A stretch of DNA of 64,000 nt, taken from contig JAPPEU010000033.1 in the NCBI GenBank assembly GCA_028875245.1, positions 24,992 through 88,991 on the forward strand, written 5' to 3'. This document shows positions 36,052-44,992 of the stretch, piece by piece. Each line of letters begins with the position of its first letter. The stretch's first letter is position 1. The DNA comes from Chloroflexota bacterium (GTDB lineage: Bacteria > Chloroflexota > Anaerolineae > Aggregatilineales > Phototrophicaceae). Both the position numbers and the translations under genes were made by a program. The notes under the pieces were generated by a model. The model was not told where the DNA came from and did not search any database. It saw only the letters and a list, made by a program, of their open reading frames with translations.

Positions 36052-37230
36052 ATGATGGCGCAAAATAGAGAAGTCACCGGCGATTCAGCGACTGTTGGCG
36101 ACCAAAAGCCGCCCGGCAGCGACGCGGCCGAACCGAAAGCGATCGCTCATGGCCTGAGCATCATGCCGCGCGACTTCTCGATTTCGCTGGCGGCCAGCGG
36201 CGGCGCCGACGCATTGCTGCGGGGAGCGGGCGGAGAACGCGGCCAGAGCATGCGCGGCTTTGAAGAGCAATACGCCGACATCATCGACTACATCGTGCGC
36301 ATCACCCATCGCATCTGGGAAGAGAAGGACATCGGTTACATCTACGACACCTACAGCCACAAGGCGCATGTCTATGACGACTACGGCTTGCAATACGGCA
36401 GCGAGAAGATCGTCGCCGACACGGTGCATACCATCAACGCCTTCCCCGATATCCGCCTCTACGCCGATGAAATCATCTGGGCGGGCAACGACGAAATCGG
36501 CTTCCACACTTCGCATCGCACCGTGATCAAAGGGCATAACACCGGCTACTCGCGTTATGGACCGCCGACCGGCAGAAGCGTCTTCCTTTGGTGCATCGCC
36601 AACTGCGTCTCGCTGGAGAACCTCATCTTCGCCGAATGGGTGATTTATGACACCGCCAATATGATTCGGCAGTTGGGCTTCGACCTGCCGACCATGGCGC
36701 GGCAGCTCGGGAATGAGATGGGCGCCGCGATAGAAGACGAGCGCTTCGGCGAAGCGGAACGGCTCCGGGGTCAAAACAAGCCGGCGCTCATGAAGGCGGG
36801 CGATGGGGGCGGCTTCGATGTCGAAGATTTCCTCCGCCGCACTTGGCATAACATCTGGAACCGGCGCAGCCTGCAGCAGGCGCGGCAATCATACCATCCG
36901 TCGCTGTTGGCGCGGGGCGCGACCGGCCGCGTCTTCTACGGCCGCGGCGAATATCAGTCCTTTGTGCTCGGCATCTTGGCCATGTTCCCGGACGCCATGC
37001 TGCAAATCGATGACATCTACTGGATGGGCAACGATGACGATGGCTACCTGGCGTCGGTGCGCTGGCGCCTGGTCGGCACGCATCGCGGGAATGGCATCTA
37101 TGGCGCGCCGACGGGGCGCCGCGTCAATATGTGGGGCATCGCGCAGCAGCAGATCGAAGGCGGGCTGATCACGAAGGAGTGGCTGCTTTTCAATGAATTC
37201 GCCGTCATGCAGCAGATTTATCGGGATTAG
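36052..37230 (+). CDS. two-domain SnoaL-like / predicted ester cyclase
   Basis: GGGAG RBS before ATGATG at 36052. 'IVRITHRIWEEKDIGYIYDTY' and 'LRRTWHNIWNRR' start two NTF2-like halves. Confidence 0.55.
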   Translation: MMAQNREVTGDSATVGDQKPPGSDAAEPKAIAHGLSIMPRDFSISLAASGGADALLRGAGGERGQSMRGFEEQYADIIDYIVRITHRIWEEKDIGYIYDTYSHKAHVYDDYGLQYGSEKIVADTVHTINAFPDIRLYADEIIWAGNDEIGFHTSHRTVIKGHNTGYSRYGPPTGRSVFLWCIANCVSLENLIFAEWVIYDTANMIRQLGFDLPTMARQLGNEMGAAIEDERFGEAERLRGQNKPALMKAGDGGGFDVEDFLRRTWHNIWNRRSLQQARQSYHPSLLARGATGRVFYGRGEYQSFVLGILAMFPDAMLQIDDIYWMGNDDDGYLASVRWRLVGTHRGNGIYGAPTGRRVNMWGIAQQQIEGGLITKEWLLFNEFAVMQQIYRD

Positions 37231-37243
37231 TCCGCGGATCTGT

Positions 37244-37533
37244 CTGTAGCGGCGTTTAGGTTAAACGTCCGTCCATGCGATAGCGCGCGCTTTAGAGCGA
37301 GACAAGGGTCGCGTAGACACTGACCGTCTCTCGCCCCTGTTTACGTTGCGGGCAGTCAACCCCACCCCCGGCCCCTCCCCGACGAGTCAGGGAGGGGAGC
37401 GAAACGCGCCGAGATGCAAAGTGTTTTGCGTGAGCCGCTGCTGTGCAGCGCGTGTGTCTACAGATTCCCATTTTCGGAGTTCGTCAGTTTATAGGAGCCG
37501 AGTCCTGACTTGCGAGGGGCTGTGGTGAAAAAG
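37244..37533. repeat. composite repeat block (reverse-complement copy of the 59648..59740 unit, C/G hairpin, ~75-bp module ending TGTGGTGAA)
   Basis: 37260..37340 reads as the reverse complement of 59650..59735. 37458..37533 is a module copy abutting the hydrolase stop. Confidence 0.7.
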
Positions 37534-37536
37534 GGC

Positions 37537-38481
37537 CTAGGCATTGCGCAGGCGCTCAGCCGCCAGCGCCACCACTTGCTCGCCATCGACGCCGACGCAG
37601 ACATTGACCAGCGGGCGACCTTCCCAGGCCGGCAGCGTTTGACCACCGGTGGCGGGCCAGGTCTTGCCGCGCCCCAAACCCTGCCTGCCGACGCGGATCG
37701 CCCAGCGCCGAACCTGAAAAAGAGCGGGATCAATCAAGTAGGCGATTGCGCTTGAGTCATGCACGAAGATGCCTTCGGCGTCATAATTCGCTTCGAAATA
37801 ATTGCGGTAATGCGGCAGGATGCGGCTGATATGATCCGACATTGGATTGCCATGCGCGGCGTATTCGTCGATATGCTCGGGCCGCATGTGCACGCGCAGG
37901 GTCACATCCAGGCCGACCATTGTCACCTGCCAGTCGGCGCCGAAGACGACATCGGCCGCTTCCGGATCGTTGCGGATATTGGCTTCGCCGGCGGGGCTGG
38001 CGTTGCCCGGCACGAGAGCGTTCCCGCCCATCAGCACGACTTCGTCGACCCAGTCGGCGATGCGCGGCTCCAGCCGCAGGGCGAGCGCGATATTGGTCAG
38101 AGGACCGACGGGGACCAGCGTGATCTCCCCCGGATGGGCGCGCAGCTGTTCGATGATGAATTGGGCGGCGCTGAGGTCGATGGCGGTTCCGGCGGGGTCG
38201 GGGGCGAAAATATCGCCCTGGCCGTCCTCGCCATGCACGAAGGGGACGGGCCCCTCAAAAGGTTGGGCGAGAGCGTCGACGGCGCCTTGCGCGACCGGGA
38301 TCTCGGCGCGGCCGGCGATCTCGAGCAGGCGCAGGGCGTTCTTCGTTGCCAGCTCGGTATGCACGTTGCCGAAGATAGTGGTCAAGCCGATGACATCCAG
38401 CTCGGGCGAGCAGAGGGCGAAGAAGATCGCCATCGAATCGTCAACGCCGGGGTCGGTGTCGATTATGATTTTGCGCGGCAT
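37537..38481 (-). CDS. inosine/uridine-preferring nucleoside hydrolase family protein
   Basis: ATG at 38481 with a GAGGGAAGGG RBS. 'IIIDTDPGVDDSMAI' DxDxxxDD signature. Confidence 0.85.
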   Translation of the reverse strand: MPRKIIIDTDPGVDDSMAIFFALCSPELDVIGLTTIFGNVHTELATKNALRLLEIAGRAEIPVAQGAVDALAQPFEGPVPFVHGEDGQGDIFAPDPAGTAIDLSAAQFIIEQLRAHPGEITLVPVGPLTNIALALRLEPRIADWVDEVVLMGGNALVPGNASPAGEANIRNDPEAADVVFGADWQVTMVGLDVTLRVHMRPEHIDEYAAHGNPMSDHISRILPHYRNYFEANYDAEGIFVHDSSAIAYLIDPALFQVRRWAIRVGRQGLGRGKTWPATGGQTLPAWEGRPLVNVCVGVDGEQVVALAAERLRNA

Positions 38482-38536
38482 AGTGGCTGCCCTTCCCTCT
38501 CTGGCCTCAATAACTTCGGTGACCTCGACGGTAATA

Positions 38537-38944
38537 TCATCCCGCGATGATCTTGACTTGCACCTGCCGGCTGCGCGGGCCATCGAACTCATAGAACAAG
38601 ATGCTCTGCGACCAGCCCACGAGCAGCTCGCCGCCGTCGATCGCCAGTGTGATTGAGTTTCCCACCAGGGTCGCTTTGATGTGGGCGGCGGCGTCGGCGG
38701 GCGTGTCATATTGGTGGACGAAATCGACGCGCGTCGGCACCAGTCGCTTGACATCGGCCAGGATATCGGCCGGCGTCGCCGGGTCCAGCCCCGAATTTAG
38801 CGTGATGGCGGCGGTGGTATGCGGCACGATGAGAACGCAGATGCCCGCTTGGACGCCGCTTTTGGCCACGAGCGCCTTCGCCTGCTCCGTGATATCCACC
38901 AAGGCGTCGCCCGCCGATGTTTCGATTTCAATCTGTTTCAGCAT
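38537..38944 (-). CDS. YjbQ/UPF0047 family protein (secondary thiamine-phosphate synthase-like)
   Basis: 'VPHTTAAITLN', 'AHIKATLVG' and 'GWSQSILFYEFDGPR' are typical family motifs. Confidence 0.8.
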   Translation of the reverse strand: MLKQIEIETSAGDALVDITEQAKALVAKSGVQAGICVLIVPHTTAAITLNSGLDPATPADILADVKRLVPTRVDFVHQYDTPADAAAHIKATLVGNSITLAIDGGELLVGWSQSILFYEFDGPRSRQVQVKIIAG

Positions 38945-39894
38945 GACAAATGGATTCCTGTATTATGGCGGTCGAGAATCGCTTGTGCGTCGGCGCGGGA
39001 TGGCGCATTTCGCCCCGCTCCGGCTCGCGCCACGCTGGCCGCGCCCATCGCATTGGCGATTGTGCCACATTCCCGCCGGGAATACCCGTTCAAATCGGCC
39101 CAGATGTAGGCGGCGGCAAAGGCGTCGCCCGCGCCGACCGTATCCACCACGTCAACTTCAAAGCCCGGGATAAGCGCATCACCCGCGCCCGACATGATGT
39201 GACAGCCGGCCTCCGCCAGCTTCAGGACAATGGTCAGCGATGGCAAGCGGCCCAGCAGCGCGCGGCAGGCAGCGGCGCCCGCCCCGCCCGCGGTCACGAA
39301 GGGGATCTCGTCTTCGGTCAGCAGCAGCACATCAACGACGCTCAGAGTTTGCTCAATTTTTGCTGGCGATAATTGCCCCAGGAAGGGCCCGACATCGAAG
39401 TAGACGCGGGCTTCGGCGCGCTCCAGGCCTTCCAACAGGCCCTTGACCAGGCCAGCCAGCCTGTCTTCCACCAAGGTATAACCGGGGATGAAGACCGCAT
39501 CGGTTCTCGCCAGCAGGTCCCGCGCCGGCTGCGTGATGGGGATATCAGCGCCGACGCCATAATGCCCCAGGAAGACGTGCTCGCCCCGCTCCAGGTCGGT
39601 GAGCGCGAGCACGGTGGTCGTTGTGCTGCCGGGCGGGATGATCAGGGCTGAGACATCGACCGCGGCGTCGCGGAGGATATCCAGCAGCATGCGCCCTTGC
39701 ATGTCATCGCCGACCGCCCCCAGCGCCGCGACGTGCAGGCCCATGCCGCGCGCCGCAAGGATTGTTGTGCAAGCGCCGCCGGCTTCGAATTGCAGGCGCT
39801 CCGCGGTTTGATGGCGGCCGGCCTGTACCGGCAAGCGCGCATCCAGTAGCAGATCAACAACCAGATCGCCGACGGTCACCAATCGCTTAGCCAT
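38938..39894 (-). CDS. PfkB-family carbohydrate/nucleoside kinase
   Basis: 'VVDTVGAGDAFAAAY' catalytic motif and N-terminal 'VGDLVVDL'. Overlaps the yjbQ-like start by 7 nt. Confidence 0.8.
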   Translation of the reverse strand: MAKRLVTVGDLVVDLLLDARLPVQAGRHQTAERLQFEAGGACTTILAARGMGLHVAALGAVGDDMQGRMLLDILRDAAVDVSALIIPPGSTTTTVLALTDLERGEHVFLGHYGVGADIPITQPARDLLARTDAVFIPGYTLVEDRLAGLVKGLLEGLERAEARVYFDVGPFLGQLSPAKIEQTLSVVDVLLLTEDEIPFVTAGGAGAAACRALLGRLPSLTIVLKLAEAGCHIMSGAGDALIPGFEVDVVDTVGAGDAFAAAYIWADLNGYSRRECGTIANAMGAASVARAGAGRNAPSRADAQAILDRHNTGIHLSC

Positions 39895-39941
39895 CAGCTG
39901 GCCACATCAGCGTATGCCCACCGAGGTCCATAGATGCAGTT

Positions 39942-39972
39942 TTCTCTGTGCCCTCTGTGCCTCTGTGGTGAA
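39942..39972. repeat. octamer-repeat module
   Basis: TTCTCTGTGCCCTCTGTGCCTCTGTGGTGAA lies between the ARH stop and the PfkB start. Confidence 0.75.
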
Positions 39973-39994
39973 TCTCAACCATCCAAAACTCAAG

Positions 39995-40990
39995 CTATCG
40001 CGTTTCAATCAGACGCTGCAAGCCCGCCGCAATCTCGCGCACATTGTAGGATTGGAAGACTTCATCGTTTTCCAGGACGGCGACATCGTCGGCGCGCAGC
40101 GCGTCAAAGCCGGCGAAGGCCCCGGCCATGGCGCAGGCGATCGCGCCGATGGTATCGGCATCGCCGGAGAGATTCGCCGCCAGGATCGCCGTCTCTTTGG
40201 GGTCGCCTTGCCCTAGGGCAAGCAGCCCGAAAGCCGCGCCGACGGTCTCCGGCACATTCAGAGTGGCGCCGACTTCGTCGTAAATCCGCCGCAATTTCAA
40301 GCGTTGATCGGCGTCGTCAGAGGCGATTTCAAGCGCTTGCTCAATTTTGAATGGCACCGAACAGCCGAACCAGGGCCGTCCGTGGGCGCGCCCCAGCTCA
40401 GCGCCGCGCAATCCGGCGGCAATCACATCGTCCAGCGAGGCGCCTTCGCCCAGCGCCGCGGCAACGGCAGCCGCCACCGCGGCCGCGCCCGAGACCGCCG
40501 GTCGGGTGAAATGCGTGGGCATGCAAACAGTGACAGCGTCGGCGACGGCGCCCTCGATATCGCCCGGATGCAGGGCGCCGATGGGCGCGATGCGCATGGG
40601 CGCGCCGTTGGTATCACCCCATAGGCCGGTCCGTCGCGGGTCCTCGCCGGCTTTGAGCACATTGATGCCGCGCCGCGTGCTGGGCCCGACGAAGGGACAG
40701 TTATCGCCATCGACGCGGTCGTACCAGGCGACCAGTCCCGTAACCGCCGCGTCGAGGGTGACGCCGCCGGCGTCGATCACCGCTTGGGCGATGGAGAAGG
40801 CTTGTTCGGAATCGTCGGTGATGCGCCCGGCGGGCAGGCCAGCGTGCACCAGGTGATCGGCGGGGGCGGGCTGCCAGCTATCGAGCCAGCCGAAGCAGCG
40901 CTCGGTGTCTCCGGGGTGGACTTGGGCGGGCATGGCGAAGGCGTCGCCGAGGGCCTGGCCGTAGAGGCAGCCGAGGATTTTGTTGAGCAT
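39995..40990 (-). CDS. canonical ADP-ribosylglycohydrolase family protein
   Basis: 'GCLYGQALGDAFAMPAQ', 'ITDDSEQ' and 'SGDADTIGAIACAMAGAFAG' are the classical ARH/DraG motifs. Confidence 0.85.
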   Translation of the reverse strand: MLNKILGCLYGQALGDAFAMPAQVHPGDTERCFGWLDSWQPAPADHLVHAGLPAGRITDDSEQAFSIAQAVIDAGGVTLDAAVTGLVAWYDRVDGDNCPFVGPSTRRGINVLKAGEDPRRTGLWGDTNGAPMRIAPIGALHPGDIEGAVADAVTVCMPTHFTRPAVSGAAAVAAAVAAALGEGASLDDVIAAGLRGAELGRAHGRPWFGCSVPFKIEQALEIASDDADQRLKLRRIYDEVGATLNVPETVGAAFGLLALGQGDPKETAILAANLSGDADTIGAIACAMAGAFAGFDALRADDVAVLENDEVFQSYNVREIAAGLQRLIETR

Positions 40991-41171
40991 GATGTATCGC
41001 TAGCCTCCTGCAAGATATGTTGAAAGCGTAGAGCCACTGGACCGGCCATACACATGCTCTGTGTCCACTGTGCCTGAGTGGATAATTCCCCCGGGTCAAC
41101 ACAATACCTCCGCTCAGTCAGGCGTTGGCGCAGTTATTGTGGTTCATGGCAAACCATACGGGGCAACTGGC

Positions 41172-41507
41172 TTAAAGAGCTTCGCGGCGTTCCTCAAGCT
41201 CGCGGCGGATGGCTTCGAGCAGTTCAACGCTTTTTGCCTGGTAGCTGTTTCCTACTGCTAACCGATCTTCCAGCCGAGCCAGATCCGCCTTTGATTCTTT
41301 GCGCGTGTCATCAATTTTTGCGTCTGCCTTTTCGAAGCGTTCGTCCACTTTCTCGAAGCGCTCATTCATATCGTTTTCCAATTTGTCGAAACGGTCCTCG
41401 ATCCGCTGAATATCGGCTTTGGAGGGCATCCGCCAGACAAATACCACAATAATTGCGAGCACCGAAATAACTTCAAATACGGCGCTAGAGTCAAAGGTCA
41501 GATTCAC
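41172..41507 (-). CDS. small protein with N-terminal transmembrane helix and charged coiled coil
   Basis: GTG start with a GAAGGA RBS. 'VFEVISVLAIIVVFVW', then 'RIEDRFDKLENDMNERFEKVDERFEKADAKIDD'. Low-GC pocket. Confidence 0.5.
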   Translation of the reverse strand: MNLTFDSSAVFEVISVLAIIVVFVWRMPSKADIQRIEDRFDKLENDMNERFEKVDERFEKADAKIDDTRKESKADLARLEDRLAVGNSYQAKSVELLEAIRRELEERREAL

Positions 41508-41598
41508 TTAATCGTCCTTCTGTCGCTTAATAATAGAGTAACAGACAATCAGCTGTCATCCAACTGGCTAATATGAATATGACAGAATGCAGAAGCCC

Positions 41599-42984
41599 TC
41601 AGGCCCCACGCATCAAGACGCGTCCGCCGATCATGAACCAGACGGCGGCGCTCAAGACCAAGCCGATGACCAGCGCCAGCAGCGGCTGGAAGAAGAGCAT
41701 CAAAAACAGCGTCAGATATATGCCCAGCGAGACGATCGTCACCAGCGCGCTCGCCCGCCAGTTCTCCCGGATGCTGAAGATATTGCGGACGAAAGGCAGG
41801 CCGATGAGGAAGAGGATGATGGAGGCCGCGCCGATGATCAAGCCGGCCGGCGCCGCCGCCTCCGCGCCGCCGAAGCCGTTGGGCGCTGAGAGGATTGCCC
41901 CGCTCGTCACCGCGCCGATGACCGCCACCATCATCAGCAGCATGTGCAGGATGCTGATGCGCTGAATCGAGCCCCAGAAGGCGGCGTCGAAGCCGGCGCC
42001 GGAGGCCGTGCGCATTTCGCTGACGCGTTGGGAGATGCGCCGCTGCAGGGCGTAGATGACCAGCGCCAGCACGGTCGCGAAGTAGGGAATCGACTGCGGC
42101 AGCTGCGAGGGGATCTCCAGCGAGCCGATGCGGATGCCGAGCGCGTCGAAGAAGCCGAATATCGATGACGCGATCATGGCGCCGATCGGCGTCCCGCCGC
42201 CCAGCGACGGCGTAACCAGGGCGATGAAACCGCGCCCGTTGGTCATATCGCGCTGGAAGAGCTGCAAATAACCCATGCTGATATGGATGCCGCCCAAGCC
42301 GGCGAAGAAGCCACTGATCAGCAGGGCGTAATAGCGGATGCGCTTGACGTTGATGCCGACGGACGCAGCCGCCTCCGGGTTCTCGCCCACGGCGCGCAGG
42401 TGCATGCCGAAGGGCGTGCGATAGAGCACGATGGAGACGATGAAGACGGCGATAAAGGCGACCCAGGTCATCATGCTTTGATTGTCGAATACATCAAAGA
42501 AGAAGCCGCCGATCAGCGGAATATCGCGGATGAATTCCGGCAGCTGAATGAAGGGCATCTGCAGGCTGGCCAAGGTGCTGGTATTGCCGCGGTCACCGGT
42601 CAGCTCGAACATGATGGCGACGGTGGCGGAGGAGCCGAAGATATTCAGCGCGATGCCGGAGAGGAAGAGGTCCCCCTTCAAATCAAGGTGGAAGAGCGCC
42701 AGCACAAACGAGAGCAGCAGCGAGACGCAGACGCCCAGCAGCAAACCCAGCCAGGGGCCGATAGCGACGCCGGTTTCAAAGCCGAACCAGTCTTGCGAAT
42801 AAGCGCTGACCACGACGCCGGTGAAGGCGGCCGAGAGCATCATGCCTTCCAGGCCGATATTCAGCACGCCGGCCTTTTCCGATATCAGGGCGCCCAGCGA
42901 GGGCAGCAGGATCGGCGTGGTGACGCGCAGGATGGCGGCGACGAAAACTGCGCTGAAAATCCCGTCAATGACATTTTCGAACAT
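41599..42984 (-). CDS. BMP-type (nucleoside) ABC transporter permease with ~150-aa extra C-terminal membrane region
   Basis: ATG at 42984 (MFENVIDGIF). 'ISEKAGVLNIGLEGMM' is a typical permease core, followed by extra hydrophobic helices. Confidence 0.8.
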   Translation of the reverse strand: MFENVIDGIFSAVFVAAILRVTTPILLPSLGALISEKAGVLNIGLEGMMLSAAFTGVVVSAYSQDWFGFETGVAIGPWLGLLLGVCVSLLLSFVLALFHLDLKGDLFLSGIALNIFGSSATVAIMFELTGDRGNTSTLASLQMPFIQLPEFIRDIPLIGGFFFDVFDNQSMMTWVAFIAVFIVSIVLYRTPFGMHLRAVGENPEAAASVGINVKRIRYYALLISGFFAGLGGIHISMGYLQLFQRDMTNGRGFIALVTPSLGGGTPIGAMIASSIFGFFDALGIRIGSLEIPSQLPQSIPYFATVLALVIYALQRRISQRVSEMRTASGAGFDAAFWGSIQRISILHMLLMMVAVIGAVTSGAILSAPNGFGGAEAAAPAGLIIGAASIILFLIGLPFVRNIFSIRENWRASALVTIVSLGIYLTLFLMLFFQPLLALVIGLVLSAAVWFMIGGRVLMRGA

Positions 42985-43007
42985 AGTTATCGCACCTGCC
43001 GATTCCT

Positions 43008-43217
43008 GTAGGGGCGAGCAATTGGGGCGCCCGAATGAAACCTCTGCGTCATCAGTAGCGCAAAGAAAGTAAGGCAATAATACAAGGAGCGTGTAGGGGC
43101 GTCTCGCTGAGACGCCCGCTTACCCAGCCACCCAATTGTCGGGCGTTTCAGCGAAACGCCCCTACGGATTTCATTTGCATAAGTGACTTTCACTGGCCTC
43201 TGTGCCTCTGTGGTGAA
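43008..43217. repeat. REP-like hairpins plus octamer tail
   Basis: GTAGGGGCGAGCAATTGGGGCGCCC, GTAGGGGCGTCTCGCTGAGACGCCC, GGGCGTTTCAGCGAAACGCCCCTAC, ...CTCTGTGCCTCTGTGGTGAA. Confidence 0.75.
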
Positions 43218-43243
43218 TATAAGTCAGTCAATACCCGCCAATT

Positions 43244-44992
43244 TCAATTCATATCCGCGGCCTCCAGCGACTCCACCGTGTGTCCCTCTTCATCGATATC
43301 GGCTCGTTTTTGGCGCGCCTGGAAGAAGGTAACCAGCGCCTCCGCCGTGATGAGCAGGATGATGATGGCCTGGATCATGCGCACGACTTCAAAGCTGACG
43401 TTGGCGTCGCGCTCCATAAATTGGGCGCCGGCCCGCAGGTAAGCGTAGAGCAAGCCGGTGAATGGCACCACCAGTACATTCAAGCGCGCCAGCAGAGCGA
43501 CCACCACCCCCTCAAAGGCGAGAGCGAAGGAGATATTCAGGATTAGCTGGCGGTGGATGCCATTGGCCAGGTGCATGCCCGCCAGGCCGGCGACGATGCC
43601 GCCGATGGCCATCACCAGCATAATTGTGCGCCGCGAGTTGACCCCGCCATAATCGGCGAAGCGCAGGTTGGAGCCGATGATGCGAATTTCATAACCGAGG
43701 GGCGTACGGCGGATCAAGAGCCAGGAGAGGAGCACCACGACAACCAGCAGGAATACGGCGACCGTTACTTGCGTTTTGTCCACGATCACGGGCAGGACGG
43801 CGTTTTCGGTGAATTTAGCCGAGGCGACATAACCGGCGTCCGGCGGTTTCAACTGGAAGTTGAGCACCATCTCGAAGAAGCGCGTCGCCACGACGTTGAG
43901 CATCAGGGTCGAGACGAGTTCATTGGCGCCCAGGTAGGCTTTGAGCGCGCCCGGTATCAGCCCGTAGATGAAGCCGGCTGTGCCTGAAGCCAGGATGATG
44001 AAGGGGATTAAGATGATGCCGGGGATGTTGGGCGAGTTGAGGGCGATGATGCCGCTGACCAGCGCGCCGAAGTAAAGCTGCCCCTCGGCGCCCAGGCTGA
44101 ATTGCTGCGCGCGAAAGACGATGGCGAAGGACATGCCGAGCAGGATGAGCGTGATGGCGTCTTGAATCCAAACGCCCCAGCGATTGACGCGCTCGATCGG
44201 GCCCAGCAGCAGGGCCTCGAAAGCCAGCTGCGATTGGCTCAGCGCCTCCGACAAGACCGTGCCGGTCGCGATCTCTTCCGGGCGCGCGTAGAGCGTATAG
44301 ACCCCGTCGGCGGGCAATTCATAGCCCGCGATGACGGCATCCTTCACGCTCACCAGATCGTCGAAGGTCTCGTCAACTTGGGTCTCGGATGCGGAGGTTG
44401 CGGCTGCCAGGACAGCGCCGGAGGCATCGCGCAGCTCGACCAGCAGGTCGACATCGGAGCGCCGGTTCTTGGCGTAAGCCAGCAGCGAAACGACATCGCC
44501 CCCGCGCCCGGCGAAGGTCCAGGCGATCTCGCTCACCGGGGCGACGACATTGGGCTTGTTGAACTCGCCGCCGCGCCGCTTGTTGAACTGGAGATCGACT
44601 TCGTCATTCTCGGTCGGCTCGGCATCGGAGACGACCTGGACGCGAAATTCGCCGCGCCCGAAGCGATCGGCAGAATCGAGATTGAAGATGAAGGTCACCA
44701 AAAAGCCGAGCAGCAAGGCCACGACCACCGTCAGCAAGACGCGAATCGCGCCCCGTTTCAACTCGACGACAAAGAGAAAAATACAAGCGCCAACCAGCGC
44801 GTTGACCAGCAGGATGTTGGCCCAATCGGTCGTGCCGGTCATTTTTTCCAGCGAGCCGTCGAAGAGCGTGTTCATCATGAAGAGGGTGACGATGATGCCG
44901 GCGGCGCCGCCGACGATCAGCAGCAGATGCTTTCTGAGGAAAGAGACGTCGGGGGCGCTGTCTGGCTGCTCGCCCTTGCGCTTAAACCTCAT
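43244..44992 (-). CDS. BMP-type (nucleoside) ABC transporter permease with ~270-aa N-terminal extracytoplasmic extension
   Basis: The C-terminal ~310 aa are a typical permease ('GAEGQLYFGALV'). The N-terminal region has 2-3 helices plus a soluble beta-rich segment. Confidence 0.8.
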   Translation of the reverse strand: MRFKRKGEQPDSAPDVSFLRKHLLLIVGGAAGIIVTLFMMNTLFDGSLEKMTGTTDWANILLVNALVGACIFLFVVELKRGAIRVLLTVVVALLLGFLVTFIFNLDSADRFGRGEFRVQVVSDAEPTENDEVDLQFNKRRGGEFNKPNVVAPVSEIAWTFAGRGGDVVSLLAYAKNRRSDVDLLVELRDASGAVLAAATSASETQVDETFDDLVSVKDAVIAGYELPADGVYTLYARPEEIATGTVLSEALSQSQLAFEALLLGPIERVNRWGVWIQDAITLILLGMSFAIVFRAQQFSLGAEGQLYFGALVSGIIALNSPNIPGIILIPFIILASGTAGFIYGLIPGALKAYLGANELVSTLMLNVVATRFFEMVLNFQLKPPDAGYVASAKFTENAVLPVIVDKTQVTVAVFLLVVVVLLSWLLIRRTPLGYEIRIIGSNLRFADYGGVNSRRTIMLVMAIGGIVAGLAGMHLANGIHRQLILNISFALAFEGVVVALLARLNVLVVPFTGLLYAYLRAGAQFMERDANVSFEVVRMIQAIIILLITAEALVTFFQARQKRADIDEEGHTVESLEAADMN

